This document shows positions 41,115 to 57,409 of a stretch of DNA of 64,000 bases, one piece after another. The position numbers and the translations under genes are program-made. Below the pieces are notes generated by a model. It saw only the letters and a program-made list of their open reading frames with translations, had not been told where the DNA came from and did not search any database. The DNA comes from Eledone cirrhosa (Eukaryota), in NCBI GenBank assembly GCA_964016885.1, contig OZ024766.1, positions 1,674,001-1,738,000 of the forward strand. Direction: 5' to 3'. The stretch's first letter is position 1; every line of letters starts with the position of its first letter.

Positions 41115-41906
41115 GTGAGTAGGACATTGGTTGAGAGAGAGAGGGGGAGAGAGAGAAGGGGAGGCTGGGTGAGAGTGAGTGGGAGAGGGGGGGAGGCTGA
41201 GTGAGAGAGGGTGAGAAGGGGTGGCTGAGTGAGAGAGGGTGAGAAGGGGTGGCTGAGTGAGAGAGAGAAGGGGAGGCTGAGTGAGAGAGGGTGAGAGAGA
41301 GAAGGGGAGGCTGAGTGAGAGAGGGTGAGAGAGAGAAGGGGAGGGTGTGTGAGAGAGGGTGAGAGAGAGAGAAGGGGAGGCTGAGTGAGAGAGATAGTGA
41401 GTGAGAGAGAGAGAGGGTGAGAGTGAGATATTGGTTGAGAGAGAGAAGGGGAGACTGAGTGAGAGAGGGTGAGATAGTGAGTGAGAGAGATAGTGAGTGA
41501 GAGAGAGAGAGGGTGAGAGAGAGTGAGATATTGGTTGAGAGAGAGAGAAGGGGAGACTGAGTGAGAGAGGGTGAGAGAGAGAGAGATAGTGAGTGAGAGA
41601 GAGAAAGAGATAGTGAGTGAGAGCGAGAGAGCGTGAGAGTGAGACATTGAGTGTGAGAAAAATAGTGAGTGAGAGTGAGAGACATTGAGTGTGAGACAGA
41701 GAGAATGAGAGAAAGAGAAAGAAAGACAGTCAGACAGGGTGATGGAACATAACTTAACAAAGGTTCTAACAAACAGTTTTGTACCATAGAAGCAGGGATG
41801 TTTGGAACATAACTTAACAAAGGTTCTTACATAAAATTAAGATGTATCGTAGAAGCTGGAGTATTTAGGGTGACTGTTGTTATTGTTGTTGTTGTTGTTG
41901 TTGTAG

Positions 41907-42005
41907 AGGCGTACCTGACTGTAACCCTGGGCAACATCATCAAGGGTAACTATAGAAACGTCACCTATACCAAGTACCAAGCCCACACTGATTGGGTGAA
42001 ACAAG
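41907..42005 (+). CDS. WDR49: WDR49-like exon 9
   Basis: Encodes AYLTVTLGNIIKGNYRNVTYTKYQAHTDWVKQ; phase 1-1. Acceptor follows a (GTT)n tract. Confidence 0.92.
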
Positions 42006-42555
42006 GTAGGTTAACACACCTGTATCATTAACCCTACACCACCACCACCACCTCCTTCACCACCACCACCTCCTTCACCATTAGCATCTTCACCACCACA
42101 CCACCACCACCATCTTCACCACCACCACCACCGTCACTCTCATCATCATCATCACCACCACCACACCACAACACCACCACATCACCACCACACCACCACA
42201 TCACCACCACACCACCACCACACCACCACCACACCACCCACCACCATCAGCACCATGGAGGTGCCACGGCAAAAAAAGCACCCAGCCCTCACTGTAAATG
42301 AGGCTGGTGTTAGGAAGGGCATCCAGCTGTAGAAATCAAGCCAGAACCAGTTCCCGTATGAGCAAGACATGGTCAGCCGACCGGACACTGCCCACAACAG
42401 GACAACCCGTCTAACTCATGCTAGCATGGAAGAACGGACGTAAAACGGTAATGATGATGATATATATATATATAGTCTATCAAAGTTCTTTCATCACACA
42501 TCTGTGACATCATCAGTGGTACTATTATATTTCCTACCGTTGTATTGTAATGTCT

Positions 42556-42606
<51 letters not shown>

Positions 42607-43102
42607 CAAATATTAATAAAATAGATGTTCTTTTGATCAATTAAATTTATTATACATAATAAAATTTAATTGATCAAAAGAACATCTATTTTATTAATAT
42701 TTATTAATATTTGTATTTTAATATTAATAACTCTGGAAAATATTAACTGTAGAGTGCTTCCAATCTACTGTAAAACTCATTCTTTGATGTACTCATTGAA
42801 TCTTGTTTAACTCTTTAATATATATATTCGTAACCCAAAGGCTTATTTAAATCTACTCTGATTTTAAAATATCCAATACTAATTTACATAATACTATAAA
42901 TAAATTTATAACCCCATTATCCGGGAGTTTCCAACAGTAATGGTTGCATTCTTTAAGGGTATGTCAATATTTATTTATAAAACTGCTCTATATTATATTT
43001 TATCTAATGAAAGCACACCATAATTTAACTTGCTGTCCTTGAAATATGTATAATGAAATAAATATGGTTTTATAAATATAGTTTCCATTTGTTAATATAT
43101 CG

Positions 43103-43141
<39 letters not shown>

Positions 43142-43145
<4 letters not shown>

Positions 43146-43477
43146 TCATTTCATTTTACGTCCGCTTTTTCCCTGCTTGCAAGGGTGGGACGGGAACTGA
43201 TTCTGGCTTGATCTCTACAGCTGGATGCCCTTCCTAACACCAACCTCATTTACAGTGAGTGCTGGGCGCTTTTTTGCCGTGGCACCTCCACGACCACTTT
43301 GCAGTGGAATGATATGGACCCCAGTCCCTATCATCTCATTTCTACAGCTGAGTAAACTGGAGCAATGTGAAATAAAGTGTCTTGCTCAAGGAAACAACAC
43401 ATCACCCGGTCTGAGAATTGAACTCACAACCCTTTGATTGCAAGGCCAATGCTCTAACCACTAAGCCATGTGCCTCC
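43142..43477 (-). mobile_element. SINE family A
   Basis: Full-length copy ending ~55 nt upstream of exon 10. Confidence 0.92.
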
Positions 43478-43531
43478 ATATATGTATATATATGTGTATA
43501 TATATGTGTATATCTATTTCTATATTTCTAG

Positions 43532-43643
43532 TGAGCTATGTCCAGTGTCTTGACTGTTTTGTCTCCTGTTCAACATGCTGGAAAGATGCCTTGGTTCTTG
43601 GTTGGGTCGAGAAGCACAATGTGGGCTCTGCACTTCTGAGAAG
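43532..43643 (+). CDS. WDR49: WDR49-like exon 10
   Basis: Encodes SYVQCLDCFVSCSTCWKDALVLGWVEKHNVGSALLR; phase 1-2. Confidence 0.92.
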
Positions 43644-44353
43644 GTAAAAATAATGGTGTTGTTATTGTGGTGGTGTAATATGGTGGGGTGTGGTGTGGCG
43701 TGGTGGCAGTGTTGGTGGTGTGGTGTGGTGGTGTGGTGTGGTGTGGTGTGTTGTGGTGGTGTAGTATGGTGGGGTGTGGTGTGGTGGCAGTGTTGGTGGT
43801 GTGGTGGTGGTGTGGTGTGGTGTGTTGTGGTGTGGTGTGGTGTGGTGTGTTGTGGTGGTGGTGTGTTGTGGTGGTGGTGTGGTGTGTTGTGGTGGTGTAG
43901 TATGGTGGGGTGTGGTGTGGTGGCAGTGTTGGTGGCGTGGTGGTGGTGTGGTGTGTTGTGGTGGTGGTGTGGTGTGGTGGTGGTGGTGTAGTATGGTGGG
44001 GTGTTGTGTGGTGTGGTGGCAGTGTTGGTAGTGTGGTGGTGTGGTGTGGTGGTTGTGTGGTGTGGTGGTGGTGTGGGCCGTGTGTTGTGGTGGTGGTGGT
44101 TGTGGTGTGGTGGTGGTGTGTTCTTTGTTGTTATTGTTGTTGGAGATCCAACCATGGACATCCCCTCAAAATTACCCTTTAATCTAAGATCTGACTCCTA
44201 AAACTCCCTACAGTGACACAACTCCCTAATATACCAGACCCCTAAAACTCGCTAATATTCGATATTTCATTCTTGTTTATTTGTTTCCTTATTTTCTTCT
44301 TTTCAAGCAAATTGGAGAAAAAACCTGAAGCAAGAAAAATACAGAAAATGTAA

Positions 44354-44475
<122 letters not shown>

Positions 44476-44535
44476 GTATATATATATATATTAATATATA
44501 TATTATATATATATATTAATATATATATTACATTA

Positions 44536-44699
<164 letters not shown>

Positions 44700-44722
44700 A
44701 TATATATATATATATATATGTG

Positions 44723-45004
<282 letters not shown>

Positions 45005-45015
45005 TATATACATAC

Positions 45016-45046
<31 letters not shown>

Positions 45047-45070
45047 TATATACATACATATATATATATT

Positions 45071-45124
<54 letters not shown>

Positions 45125-45206
45125 ATATATATATATTAATATATATATTACATTAATATATATTATATATATATTATATATATATATTAATATATATATT
45201 ACATTA

Positions 45207-45243
<37 letters not shown>

Positions 45244-45287
45244 CACATATATATATATGTATATATATACATGTATGTCTGTTTCAG

Positions 45288-45352
45288 TATCAACTTTCAA
45301 ATAGCTCAAGGTATCAATAGCTTCCATTACAGTCCACAGTTTAACCTGATTG
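45288..45352 (+). CDS. WDR49: WDR49-like exon 11
   Basis: Encodes [21 protein letters not shown]; phase 2-1, donor G|gtaagt. Confidence 0.93.
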
Positions 45353-45400
45353 GTAAGTATTGATTGATTGTTCTATTGGATATTGATCTTTCATATATAG

Positions 45401-45432
<32 letters not shown>

Positions 45433-45651
45433 TACACATATATATATATACACACACATACATATACATACATATATATATATACACACATACATACATA
45501 TACGTGTATATATATATATACACATACATATATATATATACACACATACATACATATATATATATATATATACACACATACATACATATACGTGTATATA
45601 TATATATACACATACATATATATATATATATATACACACATGCATACATAT

Positions 45652-45688
<37 letters not shown>

Positions 45689-46091
45689 GAAAGTTATATT
45701 TAAATTGTTGGGTTACAACTAGTAAATACTTATAACTGATATAAAAGCACTCAACAAGTATTTGGAGTATATTTACGATATTAAATAAATGGAAACTATA
45801 TTTATAAAACCATATTTATTTCATTATATATATTTCAGGGATATCATATTAACAATATGTTATGCCTTCCCCAGACAAAATACAATATAGGCAGTTTTAT
45901 AGATAAATAGATTTGACATACCGTTCAACATCGACTTGTATTTGAAAAAGTTGATTTGGCAGTGAAAAATTGTAAACAGAAAGAAAGAAAGTGTCTCATT
46001 CAGGAATACTGTAAATATCAGTATTCCTGAATGAGACACGTATCCATAATGTGTGAAAAGTAATGATCTTATGTTTAGTTTTTAAAACATA

Positions 46092-46136
<45 letters not shown>

Positions 46137-46770
46137 CGTGTGAATATGTTATTTTCAAATTACGACCTTTACATCGCTTTTTTATTCTATACGTTTACCG
46201 GGATTTGAACTGAGAACGTAAAGGGCCATAACTACATGCCACAAAGCATGTTTCCCGGCGCTCTAACGATATAGAGCCTATACACCGCCTTTATGTATAA
46301 TTTGTCGAATCTCCATCACAGCTTCAAGAAAGATAACTCGGTTCAGCAGGAGTTATTTCCCTTGTTATATTTTCTTTACTAAAATATTTAATCAAAGATG
46401 GTTGCTAGACACTGTACGGTTTAATTCGGGATGTTTGTTTACAAACACACTGAGCATTATAATAAATGTTCGGTGAATCCATACGTACATATATATATAT
46501 ATATGTGTGCATGTATGTATGTATATATATATATATATGTGCATGTATGTATATATATATACATATGTGCATGTATGTATATATATATACATACTACTGT
46601 ACGTCTGTATACATGTATGTATATATATACATACTACTGTACGTCTGTATACATGTATGTATATATATATACATACTACTGTATGTCTGTATACATATAT
46701 GTATGTACGTATACATACTCATCTTTTGATGGTTTTGATGGTTATGTCGGAAGACGTGAGAAGCAAGTAG

Positions 46771-47488
<718 letters not shown>

Positions 47489-47662
47489 TTTCAAAGTAAA
47501 GGGTGTCATATGGGAGAAATATATTTTATTTATCCCGAGAACTCATAAACTCTACCTCAAGAAACCTCTTGTTCAGTCAAACAATGCCGTACGCTTAAAC
47601 TATCCACAAAATGGAGTATTCACAGCCTCTAACTGGATTACCTACACCAATAACTTGTTATC

Positions 47663-47706
<44 letters not shown>

Positions 47707-47932
47707 AAGGCGGGTAAAATTCCCGAGATCCATGGACGAGTTCTCTCCAGTGGTCTCTGTCCCTCATTATCGCTGCCATGTCCTGCATCTCCAACAGACC
47801 AGTGTCTGTCCTTAGGGCATCAACATACGTTAGCCTTGGTCTTCCTCTTCTATATATATATATATAAAATAAAATAAAATAATTAAGTCAAATATGTAAA
47901 ATTTGGCTTCGTTTATTATAAATTATAGCTAT

Positions 47933-47987
47933 ACTGCTATATATATTTCGGTGACAGCCATCATTGGCTGTGACCTCTTCAGGCAGT
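47933..47987 (-). ncRNA. Minimal type I hammerhead ribozyme motif
   Basis: Minus strand reads actgc CTGAAGA ggtcacagcca-atga-tggctgtcacc GAAA tatata TA gcagt. Core intact, stem I 5 bp, stem II 10/11 bp, palindromic short stem III. Confidence 0.8.
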
Positions 47988-48298
47988 CCGAATTGGTGTG
48001 GGAAAGACAGCTACACATGTTGTTGAAGTGTGTTTTACTCCGTCAGTACATCAATATCTCCAGCTCCTGGTTGTGTTGTTATTTCTCTGAGGAACTGGAA
48101 TCATATGATTCTAGTTCCTCAGAGAAATAATAAACGAAGCCAAATTTTTACCTATTTGACTTAATTATTTTACATTACTCCGGAGTAACCAAACCAACCT
48201 CAACTTCGTCGAGTGCTCCAATCTGAGGTGTCGGTAAACAACCAACATATACTCAAAATATATATATATGTATATATATTCTGTCCCTTCTCTCACAG

Positions 48299-48458
48299 AT
48301 TCTGCAGGGACACATGTCCAGTGTGATTGTCGTCCATATATGGTCAATCAGAAGTCTACTGTTCAGTTTCTCCAAAGACAAGGCACTGAGGATATGGGAC
48401 ATACAACTGCAAGTCTGTGTACAGCGCTTGGCTGGTATTTTCCCCAGGGTCAGCGATG
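48299..48458 (+). CDS. WDR49: WDR49-like exon 13
   Basis: Encodes ILQGHMSSVIVVHIWSIRSLLFSFSKDKALRIWDIQLQVCVQRLAGIFPRVSD, a GH...WD repeat. Confidence 0.95.
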
Positions 48459-48847
48459 GTATGTTATCTATATACTTTATATATTTTATATACATTATAT
48501 ACATTATATACTTTATATACATTATATACTTTATATACTTTATATATTTTATATACTTTATATACTTTATATATTTTATATACATTATATACTTTATATA
48601 TTTTATATACATTATATACTTTATATACTTTATATATTTTATATACTTTATATACATTATATACATTATATACATTATATACTTTATATACATTATATAC
48701 TTTATATATATTATATACTTTATAAAACTCCTTCTTAAAAGAATTGTCCCCCTCATTTTTTCAACAATGTCACTTTGACGAATCAAAGAAAGGAAAAAAA
48801 AAAGAAAAACAGACCCTAAAATATATTTTCTGTGCTATTTCCAATTT

Positions 48848-48905
<58 letters not shown>

Positions 48906-48943
48906 ATCCTGTTATTTTATATATATATATTGTATTTCTGTAG

Positions 48944-49209
48944 TTTTTGTCAGTTTGTACCTGGACGAAGTGTCCGAGCACACCCGAGAAGTCAACAACA
49001 CCAACAACACTAGTGATACCAATACAACATCGACACCTGATACCAGTAATATCAATGGGAGCAGTATTGGCAGTAGAGAAGCTAACAGACTATTTCTAAC
49101 GTTTGGGTCACTGTTTACCGTACTGGAGATGAAGAACGAATGTCAAAACAGAGTTGTCAGTCATGATACTATGGTGGTAGCTGTTGTGTCTAGCAGGACT
49201 TACAACCAG
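48944..49209 (+). CDS. WDR49: WDR49-like exon 14 (with N/T/S-rich insert)
   Basis: Encodes FVSLYLDE...ANRLFLTFGSLFTVLEMKNECQNRVVSHDTMVVAVVSSRTYNQ; phase 1-0. Confidence 0.92.
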
Positions 49210-49691
49210 GTAGGAGGTGGTGGTGGTGACTGTTATTCTATTACTGACTTTAACTACCTCTATTGTCTTATTGATCCACCTCTCGGCCAGTAAAATGCCT
49301 ACCCCACCTGACCCATCATCATTTTCTACTTTATAAATTTCTATTTATATATTTCTACTTTATATATTTTTACTTTATAACTTTTCTACTTCATAAATTT
49401 ATAAAGTGGAAATTTCTACTTTATAACTTTCTACTTTATATATTTCTACTTTATAACTTTCTACTTTATATATTTCTAATTTATATATTTTTACTTTATA
49501 ACTTTCTACTTTATAAATTTCTACTTTATAAATTTCTACTTTATAAATTTCTATTTCATACATTTCGTTATAAATTTATACTTTATAAATGTCTACTTTA
49601 TAAATTTATAAAGTATAAATTTCTACTTTATAACTTTCTACTGCTATTTTGTAAATTTTTCTACCCTACTTTTTGTTTGGTGTATTCTCAG

Positions 49692-49856
49692 GTGGTCAGT
49701 CTGTCCCAGGGTGGTACACTGATCTTCTGGATGCTGGACAGTGGTCAGAAGGTGAAACAGTTGACCAATATCCATGACAACGCTGAGGTGTTGCATTTGA
49801 CCCTTGATCCCACCACCAACAGGTTGTACACCAGTTCAACTGACGGCAGTGTTAAG
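49692..49856 (+). CDS. WDR49: WDR49-like exon 15
   Basis: Encodes VVSLSQGGTLIFWMLDSGQKVKQLTNIHDNAEVLHLTLDPTTNRLYTSSTDGSVK. Confidence 0.95.
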
Positions 49857-50381
49857 GTGACAGTGTTGTTATTTGGTGGTGGTGTTGTGGTAGTGGTGTT
49901 GTAGTAGTGGTGGTGTTGGTGTTGGTGTTGTTGTGGTGGTGTTGTTGGTGGTGTGTTGGTGTTGTAGTGGTGGTGGTGTTGTAGTGGTGGTGTTGTTGGT
50001 ATTGGTGTTTTTGTGGTGATGGTGTTGTTGTTGGTGTTTTTGTTGGTGGTGGTGGTGTTGTGGTAGTGGTGTTGTAGTAGTGGTGGTGTTGGTGTTGTGG
50101 TGGTGGTGTTGGTGTTGTAGTGGTGGTGGTGTTGGTGTTGTGGTGGTGGTGTTGGTGTTGTAGTGGTGGTGGTGTTGTAGTGGTGGTGTTGTTGTGGTGA
50201 TGGTGTTGTTGGTGTTGTTGTTGTTGGTGTTATTGGTGTTGGTGGTGTTGTTGGTGTTGTTGTTGTTGCTTTAATCATAGGTCAGTATTTGACCAGTTAA
50301 CCACAAAAGATCAAAGGTGACTCACCTTACTAATTACTAGCCATGTCCAGGTGTAAAATAAATTCCTCGTTATCATTACAG

Positions 50382-50497
50382 GTGTGGGACTTCAACGGAC
50401 ATTGTCCACATAAACTGGTGTGTAATGGAGGCCAGGAGGCTGAGGTCGGTCAAACATGTGTCTGGAAGGGCTGTGTTACTGCTGTTGGTTGGAGGAG
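50382..50497 (+). CDS. WDR49: WDR49-like exon 16
   Basis: Encodes VWDFNGHCPHKLVCNGGQEAEVGQTCVWKGCVTAVGWR; phase 0-2. Confidence 0.95.
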
Positions 50498-50720
50498 GTG
50501 AGTTGGTGGTGGTGTGGTGTGGTATAGGGTGGTGGTGTGATGGTGTGGTGTCGTGTGGTGTGATGGTGTCGTGTGGTGTGATGGTGTTGTGTGGTGTGAT
50601 GGTGTCATGTGGTGTGATGGTGTCGTGTGGTGTAGTGTGGAATGGTGTGGTGTAAAACTATCCACAATACAGAGTACTCACAACCTCTAACTGGATTACC
50701 TAAAACGATAACTTGTTATC

Positions 50721-50874
<154 letters not shown>

Positions 50875-51099
50875 ATATATTTATATATATAACGAAGGAA
50901 ATGTGGTAAGGAACCAGATGGACCATAACGCACCAAAGTACTCAATACTTAGGGTAGCAGAGTGGGTAATAGGAACGAGTAGGACCCCAACGGCTGAGCT
51001 CAAGCCGTTTCGACGGCTAATTCAGTCCAGAATTAGCCGTCGAAACGGCTTGAGCTCAGCCGTCGGGGTCCTACTCGTTCCTATATATATATATAATAT

Positions 51100-51135
<36 letters not shown>

Positions 51136-51136
51136 A

Positions 51137-52782
<1,646 letters not shown>

Positions 52783-52858
52783 TGACTTAGCTGACCATTG
52801 CAATGTTGGGGTCTTTTAATATTAACCTATTAATATTAATATTAACAGTTAATTAAAT

Positions 52859-53205
52859 GGAGGCACATGGCTCAGTGGTTAGGGTTAGAGCATTGGCCTT
52901 GCAATCGAAAGGTTGTGAGTTCAATTCTCAGACCGGGTGATGTGTTGTTTCCTTGAGCAAGACACTTTACTTCACATTGCTCCAGTTTACTCAGCTGTAG
53001 AAATGAGATGATAGGGACTGGGGTCCCTATCATTCCACTGCAAAGTGGTCGTGGAGGTGCCACGGCAAAAAAGCACCCAGCACTCACTGTAAATGAGGTT
53101 GGTGTTAGGAAGGGCATCCAGCTGTAGAGATCAAGCCAGCATCAGTTCCCGTCCCACCCTTGCAAGCAGGAAAAAGCGGACGTAAAATGAAAAATGAAGT
53201 GATGA
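52859..53205 (+). mobile_element. SINE family A
   Basis: Full-length copy. Confidence 0.92.
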
Positions 53206-53284
53206 ATTAAAATGCAGGAATAAAAAATTTATTCAGGACACAGTCTCACACTTCTTACTTTATTATATTATAGATTAAGTGGAA

Positions 53285-53470
53285 CGGTGGATTGGCAGTA
53301 TCGGTAGAGGGTCGGACGCCATGCTTTGACGCATAGAGTTACGGCCCTTGCCATTCCGAGTTCAAATCCCGCCGAGGTTAACTTTGCCTTTCATCCTTAT
53401 GGGGTCGATAAAATAAAGTACCAGTAATGTACTGGGTAATTGCTGGCCTTGTGCCAATAGTAGAAACAAA
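53285..53470 (+). mobile_element. tRNA-derived SINE family B
   Basis: A box tggcagtatcgg, B box gagttcaaatcc, body gttaactttgcctttcatcc...gataaaataaagtaccag. Other copies at ~1410-1545, 4893-5078, 17337-17438, 18040-18147 and 20560-20760. Confidence 0.85.
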
Positions 53471-53600
53471 TATAGATAACATTGTCTTTAACACCTATTT
53501 CCTTTTTTTTATTACCTGAATTTTTATTTATTTATTTATAAATTCTATTCCTGAAATTCTTAGCAAATGAAGAATTTTTTTTTTTTTTTTTTTGCACCAG

Positions 53601-53714
53601 GGTACAGCCGGATCGTCTGCCGGATCCCAATATTCCAGAAAAGCTACTGGATCATCTCGGAACCGATCCCGGATGTCCTCATCATCCCGTAATGAAGATC
53701 ATTACGATGAACAG
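53601..53714 (+). CDS. WDR49: WDR49-like exon 19 (S/R-rich linker)
   Basis: Poly-T plus cag acceptor, CAG|gtggga donor; 114 nt, phase 0-0. Encodes GTAGSSAGSQYSRKATGSSRNRSRMSSSSRNEDHYDEQ. Confidence 0.85.
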
Positions 53715-54237
53715 GTGGGATATTTCATTTATCGGATGCTGTTGTTGTTTTCTTTGTATATTATGAAGAAGGAGACATTAGATAATGTAGTCCAAGATAC
53801 ACTGTGGTCACAGCCGGATAAAAGACTGGATGGTAGGAACAACTTCCATCATATCATCGGTATACTGGATCAGGACTGACCTACGGCTAAACAACAACAA
53901 CACTAATACCACAACAACAAGGGTATATATATATTGTTATACTTTGGGAGGGTCATAGTGTTGTAACAATATTGCCAGAAACAACAGAACACACTCACTG
54001 TTTGGTTGGTTTTCACTTCTGTATCTTTTATATCTCCATAGTTAATTTATTTGGCAATCAATGTTTATCATTGACTGACCAACGGTTAAAGATACAGATA
54101 TAAATATATATATATATAGTCTATCAAAGTTCTTTCATCACACATCTGTGACATCATCAGTGGTACTATTATGTTTCCTCCCGTTGTATTGTAATGTCTA
54201 CACCATTTTTATTTTATTTATTTAGTTATTCTTGTCC

Positions 54238-54311
<74 letters not shown>

Positions 54312-54347
54312 TATATATTGGGCTGACAATAAACTTAATCTTTTCAG

Positions 54348-54510
54348 AATGAATTTGGCTGGGCTGTGGTAAATATTTTCCACCTGGAGAGTCGTAAGTG
54401 CCTCCATGAGGAATGTGCCACTTTGGTGTCGTGTGGAGGTAATGGCTGGGTGAGGTTCTGGAATACACTCCACAGTCTGTTGATGGCAGAATTTGTGGCT
54501 CACAAGAATG
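54348..54510 (+). CDS. WDR49: WDR49-like exon 20
   Basis: Encodes NEFGWAVVNIFHLESRKCLHEECATLVSCGGNGWVRFWNTLHSLLMAEFVAHKN. Confidence 0.95.
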
Positions 54511-54526
54511 GTATGTTAATGAGATA

Positions 54527-54940
54527 TAATTGTTTCTATTTTTGGCACAAGGCCAGCAATTTCCCCAGTGTATTACTGGTACTTTATTTTATTGACCCCG
54601 TAATAATTGTTTCTACTTTTGGCACAAGGCCAGCAATTACACCAGTGTATTACTGGTACTTTATTTTATTGACCCCGTAATAATTGTTTCTACTTTTGGC
54701 ACAAGGCCAGCAATTACCCCAGTGCATTACTGGTACTTTATTTTATTGACCCCGTAATAATTGTTTCTACTTTTGGCACAAGGCCAGCAATTACTCCAGT
54801 GCATTACTGGTACTTTATTTTATTGACCCCGTAATAATTGTTTCTACTTTTGGCACAAGGCCAGCAATTACTCCAGTGCATTACTGGTACTTTATTTTAT
54901 TGACCCCGTAAGGATGAAAGGCAAAGTTAACCTCGGCGGA
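54527..54940 (-). repeat. 77-bp tandem array from SINE B 3' part
   Basis: About 5 units beginning just after the exon 20 donor. Confidence 0.92.
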
Positions 54941-55134
54941 ATATATGTAATGTCTGTGTATGTGTATATATATTATATTTGTATTAATCTCCCGGGCCTA
55001 GCAATTAATTAGTTAATTCTATTGGACAATTCTATTGACTAATTAATTGCTTAAATTTATTTAAAAACAACCCGGTTGAGAGCTTACTTCGATTTGTGCA
55101 GTTTTTTGCAATTCTTGCAATAATTTTACACATA

Positions 55135-55762
55135 ATCTTTGTCAGGTTGACTTTGAGATCCCTTTTTCTAGTCCCTGCTTCCATCTTTGGAATTTCTTCT
55201 TAAGTTCTGCCATAGATTCAGCTATGAGCATAAGATCATCCACATACAGGAGTTCCCATATGCATCAGGTCTTAAACTTGTCTGTTATAACCTGCAATAC
55301 GATAATAAACAGGAGAGGGCTAAGAACCGAGCCCTGGTGGACACCGACCTGTATGCTAAATTCCTTGCTATAGTCATTGTTAACTCTAACTTTGCTGACT
55401 GCTCCCCTATACATTTCCCTGAGGGGATCTGGGTTCTGTTTTCTTTCTTACTTACGAGGACCTTAGTCTTTGAGACCCTTTCTTTCTAGTCCCTGCTTCC
55501 ATGTTTGGTATTTCTTCTCTAGTTCTGCCATAGATTCAGCTATAAATGTTCAGATTATCCATGTACAAGAGTTCTCATGAGCATCCAGTCTTAAATTACT
55601 CTGTTATAGCCTGTAGTACTAAAATAAACAGGAGAGGGCTAAGAACAGAGCCCTGGTGGGTGCCAACCTCTAGGCTAAATTCCTCACTATAGTCATTGCT
55701 GACTGCTCCCCTATACATGGCTTGTACGGCCTTGATAAAACACTCATCTCCTAGTTTTCTCT
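55135..55762 (-). mobile_element. Degenerate RTE RT fragments with internal duplication
   Basis: Two copies of the QGSVLSPLLF...WELLY.DDL segment (ggagagggctaagaac at ~55312 and ~55631). Confidence 0.85.
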
Positions 55763-55795
55763 ATGTATATATCTTCCTCTTGCTATATTTTACAG

Positions 55796-55930
55796 CTGGC
55801 AGTATCACAATGACTGTTGGTTATCTGGATAGTTACCTGGTTACTGGAGACATCCAAGGTTGGGTCAGAGTCTGGGATATATCCGACTATTGTATGGATC
55901 TTACTCACTCTACCCTTGACATACCACCTC
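55796..55930 (+). CDS. WDR49: WDR49-like exon 21
   Basis: Encodes GSITMTVGYLDSYLVTGDIQGWVRVWDISDYCMDLTHSTLDIPP; phase 1-1. Confidence 0.95.
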
Positions 55931-56318
55931 GTAAGTAGCACATCATATTTGTTGCAGTCCAGTTACGTGTGCTGAGTTTAGGAAGTTGGTTGGTCCACGT
56001 TGCTTTGCTGAATTTGGAGGGTAAGTGAGGTCTGGTTTGGTAGGAGTCGTGGTCACAGGTAGGCTTTTGGTTTAGGGTGTTTGCTGAGTTATTAGACTGA
56101 TTGGAGCAAAAACAGTCTTATATATATATAGTAATAATAATAAATATGAAGACTAAAACCCAAAGAGGGCTCGATAAGGATAAATATATAAGAACCCTAG
56201 AGCAAATATTTATTAAAATAACAGATTAAAGTTTAATCAAAGAATCACTTCTTCCACCCTTAACGGGATCTTCTGAAATGTCAAACTTAAATACCCCTTC
56301 TACTTATATATATATATG

Positions 56319-56664
56319 GAGGCACATGGCTTAGTGGTTAGAGCATTTGCCTTGCAATCGAAAGGTTGTGAGTTCAATTCTCAGACCGGGTGATGTGTTG
56401 TTTCCTTGAGCAAGACACTTTATTTCACATTGCTCCAGTTTACTCAGCCGTAGAAATGAGATGATAGGGACTGGGGTCCCTATCAATCCACTGCAAAGTG
56501 GTTGTGGAGGTGCCACGGCAAAAAAGCACCCAGCACTCACTGTAAATGAGGTTGGTGTTAGGAAGGGCATCCAGCTGTAGAAATCAGGCCAGAATCAGTT
56601 CCCGTCCCACCCTTGCAAGCAGGGAAAAGAGGATGTAAAAATAAAATGAAATGAATGAATGAAT
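56319..56664 (+). mobile_element. SINE family A
   Basis: Full-length copy. Confidence 0.92.
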
Positions 56665-56871
56665 ATATATAAATTTATAAGTTTGAAGAACGATCAGACA
56701 AAATATATCCAATTCTTTTCCTCCTTAGTCCGTAGAAATTAACCAGATAAATAATTAATTAAACGGGGCAAAGTTTAAAATGTAAGTTTGAAGAAATATC
56801 AGATAAATGTTATCGATATTCCTCTGTGAGGAACAGTCAGATAAAATTTATCCAGTCTTTCTTCTTAATCC

Positions 56872-57305
56872 GTAGAAATTAACTAGATAAGTAATTAATT
56901 AAACGGAGCTAAGTCTAAAATGTAAGTAGAAATTAACTAGATAAGTAATTAATTAAACGGAGCTAAGTCTAAAATGTAAGTAGAAATTAACTAGATAAGT
57001 AATTAATTAAACGGAGCTAAGTCTAAAATGTAAGTAGAAATTAACTAGATAAGTAATTAATTAAACGGAGCTAAGTCTAAAATGTAAGTAAAAATTAACT
57101 AGATAAGTAATTAATTAAACGGAGCTAAGTCTAAAATGTAAGTAAAAATTAACTAGATAAGTAATTAATTAAACGGAGCTAAGTCTAAAATGTAAGTAGA
57201 AATTAACTAGATAAGTAATTAATTAAACAGAGCTAAGTCTAAAATGTAAGTAAAAATTAACTAGATAAGTAATTAATTAAACGGAGCTAAGTCTAAAATG
57301 TAAGT
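56872..57305. repeat. 54-bp minisatellite
   Basis: 8 copies of gtagaaattaactagataagtaattaattaaacggagctaagtctaaaatgtaa. Confidence 0.95.
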
Positions 57306-57409
57306 TTGAAGAAAAAAATATAGATAAACTTTATCAAAAATTCTTCCAGTCTCGACTATCGATATGAGTGTGTATATGTATGTGTATATATATATATGTG
57401 TGTAAACGT

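Noticed and set aside
45992-46075. CTGAATGA...GAAA hammerhead-like motif next to a 20-bp hairpin
   Set aside because: The core has an insertion and no stem I pairing could be found; too weak to call.
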